Of a stretch of 64,000 nucleotides of DNA, positions 40,512 to 49,130 are shown piece after piece. Source of the DNA: Candidatus Omnitrophota bacterium (GTDB lineage Bacteria; Omnitrophota; Gorgyraeia; Gorgyraeales; Gorgyraeaceae); the NCBI GenBank assembly GCA_018824145.1, contig JAHJHC010000032.1, positions 5,330 through 69,329 on the forward strand, given 5' to 3'. Numbering within the stretch: position 1 is the first letter of the stretch; each line of letters starts with the position of its first letter. Below the pieces are notes generated by a model that was not told the origin of the DNA, did no database searches, and worked only from the letters and a program-made list of their open reading frames with translations. The position numbers and the translations under genes were made by a program.

Positions 40512-41780
40512 TCATTTCTTCATCCTATCGCCTTTAGATACAAATGTAAAATCCCTGACTGCACCGTCAGCTGAACGTTTTGTCAGCACGCCTTTTAAAA
40601 CCTCACCATCCCATTTTCCGTGCCAGCTGGCTGATTCACCCAGCTCGTTTGTCTGCATCGTCTCCCACGTAATAGTATCGTCTTTAAGCTTACGTTTCGA
40701 ATAATTTGCATCACTAAAACCTTCCCTGCTTAAATTCAGTGAAGTCAAACGATTGTATTTAAAAATGATTGTATCTTGAGCATTAAAAGCTATGCCCGGA
40801 CCTCCGACTTGCCTCAAATCAATCCTCCAGGTATACCCTTCTATTTCCATCTTCGCCTTTTCAAGTTCTTTTAAGGCATCTTCAGTCAGCCTGATCTTCC
40901 ACACGTAGTCATCTATCTCTTTATTTGCCTCAATGGCTTTATCTCTCTCACTTCTAAGCACATCTAAAGTCTTGTTATAAAGTGCCATGGTTTTATTATA
41001 CTCACTCTTCATCACAGTATGCTGTCTGTAAAAATATAAAATGACAAAGACTAAAACTAAAAATGTTATTCCACTCGAGATCATGTAAATCAGAAATGAC
41101 TTCTTAGGGACAGGTGCCTTCTTTTGTTCCTGTGCTGCACTTTCTATTCTTTTTTTAATCTCTTCTGTAAATTCCCTCGGACCCAAAATTCTTCCTTTGT
41201 GTAATTTTTTTTTAAACTCATCTATCTCTATTTGGGTAACAAATTCTGTGTATCTCTCGAATGTCTTTTCCCTGCCTTTTAAGAGTGTGAATACTTCTTC
41301 AATCTCACTACCTAACTCAGGAAAATGCCTTTTTTCCGGGTTTAAAAATTGAGGATAACTGGAAAAAGGATACGTCTTGATGTAATTTGTAAAGTCTACT
41401 CTTTTGGGATTCAGATGGATATGTCTTAAGAGCGGTAAAAGAGAACTCTCTTTCTCTGCCAGCTTAGCCTTAAACCTTTCCTGGAAAAGGTGCCCTTTTT
41501 TATTATACTTTCCGTTAAATAATTTTGTATATATGGAGTTTATATCATGCATAATACTTGAAATACCAATCTGGTTCTGTAGCTCAATAAGCATATGAAG
41601 ATGGCTAGGTAGTAAAATATAGCCGAATAGCTTAAAACTATATTGCTCTTTATATCTATTTATTAATGACACATATTCTCTATAGTCATCAGGCTGTATA
41701 AATATATTTTGATTGTGACCACCTCTTGAAGTCACGTAGTACAAAACATTTTCAACATATACTCTCGGAAGCCTTGCCAT
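40512..41780 (-). CDS. RAYT/Y1 (HUH) transposase-like domain fused to TM helix, coiled coil and extracytoplasmic WETMQ domain
   Basis: MARLPR..YYVTSRG..QNIF..DYREY, HUH SHLHML, GHLFQERFK, RHIHLNP (His at the Tyr position); TM FLIYMISSGITFLVLVFVILYFY. Confidence 0.85.
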   Translation of the reverse strand: MARLPRVYVENVLYYVTSRGGHNQNIFIQPDDYREYVSLINRYKEQYSFKLFGYILLPSHLHMLIELQNQIGISSIMHDINSIYTKLFNGKYNKKGHLFQERFKAKLAEKESSLLPLLRHIHLNPKRVDFTNYIKTYPFSSYPQFLNPEKRHFPELGSEIEEVFTLLKGREKTFERYTEFVTQIEIDEFKKKLHKGRILGPREFTEEIKKRIESAAQEQKKAPVPKKSFLIYMISSGITFLVLVFVILYFYRQHTVMKSEYNKTMALYNKTLDVLRSERDKAIEANKEIDDYVWKIRLTEDALKELEKAKMEIEGYTWRIDLRQVGGPGIAFNAQDTIIFKYNRLTSLNLSREGFSDANYSKRKLKDDTITWETMQTNELGESASWHGKWDGEVLKGVLTKRSADGAVRDFTFVSKGDRMKK

Positions 41781-41801
41781 CTTACCTTTTCTCCTTCAAA
41801 A

Positions 41802-41840
41802 TGCCTGGCACCTATCTAAAAGTGCCTGGCACTTTCTATC
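41802..41840. repeat. Tandem short palindromes (REP-like) upstream of the RAYT-like gene
   Basis: TGCCTGGCAC occurs twice, each followed by TATCTAAAA; the second copy lies in a perfect AAAGTGCC-T-GGCACTTT palindrome (41819-41835). Confidence 0.7.
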
Positions 41841-41841
41841 T

Positions 41842-41875
41842 AAAAACAAAAAATCCAGGCGCATTGCCTGGATTT
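41842..41875 (-). terminator. Intrinsic terminator (riboswitch expression platform)
   Basis: Minus strand AAATCCAGGC-AATGC-GCCTGGATTT then TTTGTTTTT. Confidence 0.8.
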
Positions 41876-41884
41876 CTCCTTTAA

Positions 41885-41965
41885 GTTTCGGCAATCTGCC
41901 TATCCGCCTGAAGCGGACGCACGATTTTGCGTCTCCAGATTACTCTGGATTTGCCTTTTTCGACC
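41885..41965 (-). promoter_or_regulatory. c-di-GMP-I (GEMM) riboswitch aptamer
   Basis: Minus strand AAAAAGGCAAA-TCCAGA-GTAA-TCTGGA-GACGCAAA-ATC...GATTGCCGAA: conserved GGCAAA, P2 stem with GNRA loop, GACGCAAA junction and TTGCCGAA end; between a promoter and a terminator. Confidence 0.85.
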
Positions 41966-41994
41966 TCAAATCTCTTCAATTGTCCTCCTATTAA

Positions 41995-42023
41995 AGTATA
42001 CTCTATAATACATAAAAAATCAA
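41995..42023 (-). promoter_or_regulatory. sigma70-type promoter
   Basis: TTGATT (42023-42018), 17 nt, TATACT (42000-41995), about 30 nt before the aptamer. Confidence 0.65.
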
Positions 42024-42103
42024 GGGCCTCCCCAAAATTAGTACCGTTTGCTATTTAAATTCTTCGCCAACCTGCCGGGCAAACAGTACAAAAATCCTGC
42101 CTA

Positions 42104-44101
42104 TTACTCCCCCTCTTCTATACCCTTCTCCGAATACACTGCCTTCAAATGCCCCTTAATCTCAGCATTATCCGGCAAAAGAGAAGCAGCTTTTTTCAAG
42201 TAACCAAAGGCTTCATCCAAATCCCCTTTTCTATAATAAGCCCAACCCAGAGTATCCAAGGTTTCTGCACTTTCCGGATCAATAGATAAGGCCTTCTTAA
42301 GTAAGCCTATAGCCTCTGTAAAGTTATTCCTCTCAAGATAAATATAACCAAGATTATTATATGCAGCTATGCCCAATTCAGGGTCAAGTTTAATACTCTT
42401 TTTATAATATCCGATTGCTGTCTCATAATCAACTAATAAATCATACATAAGCCCAAGGTTATAGTATGCCTCTGCATAATCAGGTTCTAATTCAACGGCT
42501 TTTTTATACAATTCCGATGCCTCACTGACCTGATCTAAATCTTCATATAACACCCCTCCAAGATTATTATAAGCCTCTGCATAATCAGGCTTGATTTGAA
42601 TGGCCTTTCTAAAAGAGTTTATTGCATCATTTGTCTTTTTGCCCATATCGCGGTATGTGACACCTAAATTATTATATGTCCATGCATATCCTGAATCTAC
42701 CTCTAAGGCATTCTGATACGAATTGAGAGCATCTTCGTATAAACCAGTATTGTAGTACGCAGTACCAAGGTTATTGTAAGCCCTGTGGCTATTCGGAGAA
42801 GCCTCCACTGTCTTTGTCCAAAAAGTAACAGAGTCTCTCCAATCCAGGTTACGTTGCATGACAGTATAGGAATAGAAACTGACTACGGTAAAGATTAACA
42901 CTATAGTCGATCTTCTTGCTATCCTTTGTGGAAAAAACCGTAAGTCTAAAGAAGACAATGCTTGAACACCTATGGCAAGTAAAACGCATAATCCCACAGA
43001 AGGGATATATAGGCGCTGTTCGGCAATCGGCCTTGAGACTAAAAATATAATGTTAGAGATAGGTAAAAGGGTCAAAAATATCCAGAAAAGAAAGAATAAA
43101 ACCAGTCTCGAATGTCTAAATGCCTTAATGACTATAACTGTAAGGACAACGAGTAATAATGCAGAGAAAAGCACTGCGGGTTCAAAGAAAGATCCAGGTA
43201 TACTGAAAGACCGCTCGGCATTAAGATTAAAAGGAAATACAAGCAGTTTAACATAGTAACCTATGGTCTTTATGACAGTTAATATTTTAGGATACAGGCT
43301 GATCTTTACAACTAGATTCTTGCCTGAACCTACTGTTCCCAGGATAATTATTTTAAAAATAATATAAAGAATCGCAAGGCCCCAAAAAGGCAATGTCTTA
43401 GTTATAAAACCCTTGTATTCTTCTTTCGGAACAAAACATATAACATACAAGACTAATATAAACGGCAAAGTAATGGCCATTGCCTTTGAAAAAAGAGCGA
43501 GTATAAAACATAAAAGGCTTGCACTATAAAAAACTATACGGCTTTTCAATCTATCTTGAAGCCTGAATTTTGTAAAAAGAATGAATGATAAAATAAAAAA
43601 TATTAATGCCAAGGGATCAGAACGATTCTTTATCCACGTAATAGATTCAGTATGGATCGGGTGGACTGCAAAGAAGAGCGCTGAGAGAAAAGCCAGGTTA
43701 AATAACCTCCCGTGCCTTGTTTGCAGCGCGACTATATTAAGTATAAAGAAATATATTAAGATAACATTTATTATATGCAAGAAAAGGCTGGTCAGATGAT
43801 AGCCAAAGGGGTTTAATTTCCATAAAGAATAATCAAATGCAAAACTAGCCATTAATATAGGACGAAAATTCACCTTCTCCTCTTGATTATGCTCTCTACT
43901 CAACATTAAATAAAATTGCCTCCAATACCGGGGAGTGAATAAAGATGGGATATTCTTTGGATTACTAATATACTCCCCCTTCGACACAATAACCTTATCA
44001 TCCCAGATAAAGGAATTTTTGAAGGTATTGGAGTAGACAATAATAGATATAAGTATTAAAAATATAATAAAAATTGTGTGTTTACTGATAGCAGTATCCA
44101 T
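42104..44101 (-). CDS. TMTC-like GT-C protein glycosyltransferase with TPR repeats
   Basis: FIWDD loop after TM1, FRP, HPIHTESITWIKNRSD, AEQRLYIPSVG, multi-TM, then TPRs (AYNNLG). Confidence 0.85.
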   Translation of the reverse strand: MDTAISKHTIFIIFLILISIIVYSNTFKNSFIWDDKVIVSKGEYISNPKNIPSLFTPRYWRQFYLMLSREHNQEEKVNFRPILMASFAFDYSLWKLNPFGYHLTSLFLHIINVILIYFFILNIVALQTRHGRLFNLAFLSALFFAVHPIHTESITWIKNRSDPLALIFFILSFILFTKFRLQDRLKSRIVFYSASLLCFILALFSKAMAITLPFILVLYVICFVPKEEYKGFITKTLPFWGLAILYIIFKIIILGTVGSGKNLVVKISLYPKILTVIKTIGYYVKLLVFPFNLNAERSFSIPGSFFEPAVLFSALLLVVLTVIVIKAFRHSRLVLFFLFWIFLTLLPISNIIFLVSRPIAEQRLYIPSVGLCVLLAIGVQALSSLDLRFFPQRIARRSTIVLIFTVVSFYSYTVMQRNLDWRDSVTFWTKTVEASPNSHRAYNNLGTAYYNTGLYEDALNSYQNALEVDSGYAWTYNNLGVTYRDMGKKTNDAINSFRKAIQIKPDYAEAYNNLGGVLYEDLDQVSEASELYKKAVELEPDYAEAYYNLGLMYDLLVDYETAIGYYKKSIKLDPELGIAAYNNLGYIYLERNNFTEAIGLLKKALSIDPESAETLDTLGWAYYRKGDLDEAFGYLKKAASLLPDNAEIKGHLKAVYSEKGIEEGE

Positions 44102-44108
44102 TATAATC

Positions 44109-46169
44109 TCAATCTTCAGTCTTCTGGAGATTTTCTAAATTCCCCTTGGCATCTTCGTTATCAGGATCAATCTCTAATATTCTCTCCCAATGACCTCTTG
44201 CCTTATTGATAAGTCCCTTATCGCGAAATATACGCGCAAGGTTTCTGTGGGCCTTTATATGATCAGGAGCTAGCTCAATAGTTTTTTCCAGGTATGTTAT
44301 TGCAGTGTCTTTTTCTCCTAAATCAGTATATAACGCGCCTATATTATTGTATGCATCAGCATATTCTGAATCAAGTTCAATAGCCTTCTTATAGTATCTC
44401 AATGCCTCTCCCTGAAGCCCTGATGAGTCATAAAATAACCCCAAGTTATAATAGGCCTCTGCATAGTCAGGTTTAAGCTCTATAGCCCTTTTATAGAGAA
44501 TCTCTACCTGACTAATCTGGCCGGACTCTGAATATAGGACCCCTGCAAGATTATTATATGCCTCTGCATAATCAGGTTTCAGTTCAATAGCCCTTTTTAG
44601 ATGCAGAAAGACATTATCAACTAAGCCATTTTCTATATAAAGCACCACACCAAGGTTACTATAGGCCTCTGCATAGCCAGGCATAAGTTCAATGGCCTTC
44701 TTGAATGCATCTATCGCCATCTCATTTTCTCCTATGTCGCGGTACGCGGCGCCAAGATTATTATACGCCATAGCATATTTTGGATCGATTTCTATAGCCT
44801 TTTTATATGAAGCTATGGCCTCCTGATATTGTCCGATATTATAGTATGCAGCGCCAAGATTATTATGGGTCCTCGCATTATTCGGAGATAAAGAAACTGC
44901 CTTTGTCCATAGTGTTAACGGCTTTCTCCAATCAAAGTTACGATTTATAGCAATAGTCGAGTAAAAAATAAATATGGCTATAGTAAATAACACTGCTAAG
45001 TTTTTCAAGATTTTACGGGAAAAAAACCTTGATTCTAAAAAAGGGATCGCCCTAATACCCATCGCAAGTATAATACAAAAACCCAATGAAGGGATGTAAA
45101 GGCGCTGTTCAGCGATAGGCCTTGCATACAAAAATATGATATTTGAAGCAGGAAGTAATGTTATGAAAAACCACAGGATTCCGAATGATACCATCCTGGA
45201 ATATTTTAATCCCCTTATAACCATAATCGCCAAAACCAACAACATCAGTGAAGATAGAACAACCCCTATCTCAAAAAACGATTTGGGGACAGATAGAAAA
45301 TGTTCGATATTAAGATTAATGGGGAGAATTAAAAGTTTCATATAATAACCCATGGTCTTAATGACTGCCAGGATATGATAATGTATGCCGAGCTTAATAA
45401 TGCTCTCATCCGAGAGCACACTTATAAGGCCCTTGAGCTTGAATGCAAGATAGAAAAATATAATTCCAAAATAGCTTCCTATACCGACCAATGCGCCTTT
45501 ATATTCTTTTTTTGGAAGGAAATAAATAGCATAGAGGATTAACACAAGGGGCAGTGTAATAGCTGTTTCTTTTGAAAAAAGTGCAAGCACGAAAGAAATC
45601 TGGCTTGCAAAATAAAGAATAATGCGGCCCCTGAGTACTTTTTCCTTAGAGACGTATTTTATAAAAAAAAGGAATGAAAGGAGTAAAAATAATAAACTCA
45701 ATAAATCAAAACGATTCTTTATCCATGCAATAGACTCTGTATGTACAGGATGCACGGCAAAGAATAATGCGGCAAGAAAAGGCAGGTCAAGTAAAACCCC
45801 CTCCTTTTCAGGCGGCCTTACTAATCTAAAAATAATAAGATATATCAGGATAACGTTTAATATATGCAGCAATAAGTTAGTCAAATGGTAACCAAAAGGT
45901 CTTAGATTCCATATTAAATAATCTAATGTAAAACTTGCAAGACTTACCGGTCGATACTGTCCCTTACTGCCCGGATAATAATAATTCCAATATTTAGGAT
46001 TAAATAAAAAGGGGATATCTTTTAAGCTCTTCGTATATCTATTATCAACGATCAACTCTTCTTCGTCCCACACGAACGGATTCTTGAAGGTATTGGAGAA
46101 AACAATAATAGAGATAAGAATCAATAAGATAAGAGGTATAAAATATTTCCTGGTATTATATTCTTCCAT
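44109..46169 (-). CDS. TMTC-like GT-C protein glycosyltransferase with TPR repeats
   Basis: FVWDE, YRP, HPVHTESIAWIKNRFD, AEQRLYIPS, TPR array. Confidence 0.85.
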   Translation of the reverse strand: MEEYNTRKYFIPLILLILISIIVFSNTFKNPFVWDEEELIVDNRYTKSLKDIPFLFNPKYWNYYYPGSKGQYRPVSLASFTLDYLIWNLRPFGYHLTNLLLHILNVILIYLIIFRLVRPPEKEGVLLDLPFLAALFFAVHPVHTESIAWIKNRFDLLSLLFLLLSFLFFIKYVSKEKVLRGRIILYFASQISFVLALFSKETAITLPLVLILYAIYFLPKKEYKGALVGIGSYFGIIFFYLAFKLKGLISVLSDESIIKLGIHYHILAVIKTMGYYMKLLILPINLNIEHFLSVPKSFFEIGVVLSSLMLLVLAIMVIRGLKYSRMVSFGILWFFITLLPASNIIFLYARPIAEQRLYIPSLGFCIILAMGIRAIPFLESRFFSRKILKNLAVLFTIAIFIFYSTIAINRNFDWRKPLTLWTKAVSLSPNNARTHNNLGAAYYNIGQYQEAIASYKKAIEIDPKYAMAYNNLGAAYRDIGENEMAIDAFKKAIELMPGYAEAYSNLGVVLYIENGLVDNVFLHLKRAIELKPDYAEAYNNLAGVLYSESGQISQVEILYKRAIELKPDYAEAYYNLGLFYDSSGLQGEALRYYKKAIELDSEYADAYNNIGALYTDLGEKDTAITYLEKTIELAPDHIKAHRNLARIFRDKGLINKARGHWERILEIDPDNEDAKGNLENLQKTED

Positions 46170-47652
46170 AATTCACGACCTTTTTTTTAAAATGTGACAA
46201 ATAGTACTTTATATATATAATAAAACGGAAATCTCTTTTACAAAGTCCGATTGCTAACTGAAAGACAATAACTATAAAGCCAGGAATTATATGAAAATGC
46301 CTGTACAGCTTTTTCTTTATTATAAATCTCTTTAAAAAAGAAGGCATTACCGGAAACAACTTGTACAACTTTTCAAAATTGTCTTTCCATGCTTTATGAT
46401 GCGGGTCATTTATAGAGTCTTGATGAAAAAAATCCCCTACATTGCCTTTCTCAAAAGATTCGACATCTTTAGTATAGATTATTCCCAATTCTATAGCCCT
46501 GTCTACAATAGGCAGTTTCGGATAATACGCCAGGTAATAACATTTTAAACGATTAAAATATTTATGTGAATACATAAATTCAAGTGCTAACTCATAATCC
46601 TCTTCCTTGACCAAGGGTAAGCCGAATATTAAATCCACATCATACCTTAATTTCAGCTTGCCGCATATACTAAAGGCCTTGTCTATCTGGTCATTTGTCT
46701 CATTACGATGCAAAATATCCTTCCGTATACTCTCATTAAACGTCTGCACACCGAAATCTATACCGTAACAGCCTGAATCTTTCATTAATCTAATAAGGTC
46801 TTCGTCTACAAAACTTACATGACCCTCACATCTGAAAGGCACGGAAATCTCTTTTTTATATTCATGCAAAAATCCGCTCAGCCATTTTTTGTCCGTAAAA
46901 AACACGCTGTCAAAAAACATAACCCTTTTAAAATTATACCGTTTTTTCATTGCCTTTAATTCACTTATTACAGATGAAGCGCTCCGCCTTCTAAAATATC
47001 CATCACTATAAATCTTATGAAAATAAGCCTCGCAGCAATAACTGCAGCTAAAAACACAGCCCCTTGCTGTCATCACCATGTAATCATCTCTGTAATTTAT
47101 ATAATTCTCAAACAGTCCTTTATCCGGAAACGGCAATGAATCAAGATCCTTAATAGGCGGCCTTAGAGGATTCTTTATTACCTCGCCTCCTTTTTTATAC
47201 CATACATTAGGTATACTGTACTCTGGTCTATTTGATGAAAGAGTGTTTACTAAATCTAAAAGTGCATATTCACCTTCTCCGATAATAACAAAATCTACAA
47301 AATCATTCTTTACCACCTCTTCCGGAACAAGACTTACATGCACTCCCCCAAATACGGTCTTAACATTCATCTTTTCCTTTATGGTACGCGCAACATCACA
47401 GGTCCACTGATAGTTACTGGTATAAACCGAAAATGCAACGAGATCAGGGGTTGAACTCTCGATTCTGGAAATGACCTCATTTTTCCGGTCAAACACCCTT
47501 TCCAAAAAAGGGATATAAAACACATTGTCCTCTGTCCCGAAAAGTCCTGGATCATATGCTAATGAAATCTCATGGCCTGCTTTCTTCAAGACGCTTGACA
47601 AGTACTCTATACCTAAATGTTCTCTCCCCAAATGCACAAAGGTGACTTTCAT
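46156..47652 (-). CDS. B12-binding radical SAM protein
   Basis: LGIEYLSSVLKKAGH and VFGGVH B12-binding domain; RGCVFSCSYC CxxxCxxC. Confidence 0.88.
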   Translation of the reverse strand: MKVTFVHLGREHLGIEYLSSVLKKAGHEISLAYDPGLFGTEDNVFYIPFLERVFDRKNEVISRIESSTPDLVAFSVYTSNYQWTCDVARTIKEKMNVKTVFGGVHVSLVPEEVVKNDFVDFVIIGEGEYALLDLVNTLSSNRPEYSIPNVWYKKGGEVIKNPLRPPIKDLDSLPFPDKGLFENYINYRDDYMVMTARGCVFSCSYCCEAYFHKIYSDGYFRRRSASSVISELKAMKKRYNFKRVMFFDSVFFTDKKWLSGFLHEYKKEISVPFRCEGHVSFVDEDLIRLMKDSGCYGIDFGVQTFNESIRKDILHRNETNDQIDKAFSICGKLKLRYDVDLIFGLPLVKEEDYELALEFMYSHKYFNRLKCYYLAYYPKLPIVDRAIELGIIYTKDVESFEKGNVGDFFHQDSINDPHHKAWKDNFEKLYKLFPVMPSFLKRFIIKKKLYRHFHIIPGFIVIVFQLAIGLCKRDFRFIIYIKYYLSHFKKKVVNYGRI

Positions 47653-47654
47653 CG

Positions 47655-49130
47655 TTATGTATGTCCTTTGATATAGAAATCCAATTTCTTGGCCTCTTCA
47701 TGATAGGCAATAAATTTCGGATCTTTTATAGATATATCTTCCTGGCTAAAGACCATGTCCAGAAAAGCTGAGAATTTCCTTTTGAATTCCGTAAATGAGC
47801 GGACTTTTAGTACAGCCTTTAATAAAAAATACGGTTGGGAATGGTAGCTTACATAGGCCCATCGTGCCATATGATCTATCTCTTCGTTCGTAAGTTTAGT
47901 CCAATGCCGGGGCAAAGGCCGGTCAGTCTCTTTTCCCAAGATCCAGTCCTTCCAGTAATCCTTCCCCATATTGTGCACCATTTCTTTCCATAAAGGAGTC
48001 AGGGGTTTTGCCAGGCACTTCGAAAACTGGACATAGTCTAACTTGAGTTCTTTGGCGAATCGGACTGTCTTTTTTACTGTTTTCTTAGTCTCTCCTGGAG
48101 AACCTATTAGGAAAAACCCCAATGCCCTTATCCCTAATTTTTTGGTAGCACGTATTGTCTCCCGGATCTGGTCCAATCTGATACCCTTTTTTACTCTATC
48201 AAGCATCTCTTGGGAGCCGGATTCAATCCCATAGTAGATCCTTCCACATCCTGCCTCTTTCATCTCTTTTAACATCTCTTTATCAATATCCACTCTCGAT
48301 CTGCATGCCCACAGGATATCAAGGTTTCTCTTCCTTATTTCGTGACATATAGCTATTGTCCTATCTTTATCGACTGTAAAATCATAATCGAAGATATCGA
48401 TCTCCCGGATACCATATTTATTATAGCACTCCTCCATCTCATTAACTACAGTCATTGGACGGCGTGGATTGTAGACGGTCCTGCCTGCCTCACAGAAGGT
48501 ACAATGGTACGGACAGCCAAGACTGGTAATCATGACAGTAAAATTCTTCCTCTCAGTGGGAAACTCGGCATAAAGCTCATTCGGCAAAAGGTCTCTGGCA
48601 GGATTAGGATATTTGTCAAAATCTACTAGTTTAGTAGGATTGATTTTTATCAGGCCCTTATCTTTATAAACAAGGCCATCCACGTCTTCCAGTCTTCCCT
48701 TACCTTCTAATGCAGAAAAAAGCTGGGGTATGGTATCTAAGGCCTGTTCGATTACTCCATAGTCTATCTCAGGATGGCTGATCGACTCCTCAGGATAGAC
48801 ACGCAGATTATAACCTCCTACTACTATTGGAATATCCAATCCTTTTTTAAGATACCGGATCCATTCCAATGTCTCAGGAAACATATAAGTAGTCATCATA
48901 AATCCCATTATGTCCGGCTTAAAACTCTTAAGTCTATCTAATACCCCTTCTTTAGTAAGATTTAAGGTCCGGGCATCAATAATTATTACTTCATGGCCGG
49001 CCTGACGTGCTATAGCTGCTACCCAGGCAAGGCTTAAAGGCGGAAACATCCCAAAATACTTCTGAACAATCCTTAAATTCTCCTCATGGACCTTGTATTT
49101 AAAAGGATTAAAAACTAAGGCAAATCTCAT
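47655..49130 (-). CDS. B12-binding radical SAM protein (class B methylase-like)
   Basis: PPLSLAWVAA, VVGG, LGCPYHCTFC, YGIESGSQ, FLIGSPGET. Confidence 0.88.
   Translation of the reverse strand: MRFALVFNPFKYKVHEENLRIVQKYFGMFPPLSLAWVAAIARQAGHEVIIIDARTLNLTKEGVLDRLKSFKPDIMGFMMTTYMFPETLEWIRYLKKGLDIPIVVGGYNLRVYPEESISHPEIDYGVIEQALDTIPQLFSALEGKGRLEDVDGLVYKDKGLIKINPTKLVDFDKYPNPARDLLPNELYAEFPTERKNFTVMITSLGCPYHCTFCEAGRTVYNPRRPMTVVNEMEECYNKYGIREIDIFDYDFTVDKDRTIAICHEIRKRNLDILWACRSRVDIDKEMLKEMKEAGCGRIYYGIESGSQEMLDRVKKGIRLDQIRETIRATKKLGIRALGFFLIGSPGETKKTVKKTVRFAKELKLDYVQFSKCLAKPLTPLWKEMVHNMGKDYWKDWILGKETDRPLPRHWTKLTNEEIDHMARWAYVSYHSQPYFLLKAVLKVRSFTEFKRKFSAFLDMVFSQEDISIKDPKFIAYHEEAKKLDFYIKGHT

Noticed and set aside
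40512-41780. Active IS200/IS605 or RAYT mobile element
   Set aside because: Catalytic Tyr position is His, the domain is fused to a TM and periplasmic domain, and there is no tnpB.
41885-41965. cGAMP-sensing GEMM-Ib variant
   Set aside because: The position equivalent to G20 is G (GGCAAA), as in c-di-GMP binders.
42041-42089. Inverted repeat GTACCGTTTGC / GCAAACAGTAC as a terminator
   Set aside because: 27-nt loop, one mismatch and only a weak T tract; not enough support.
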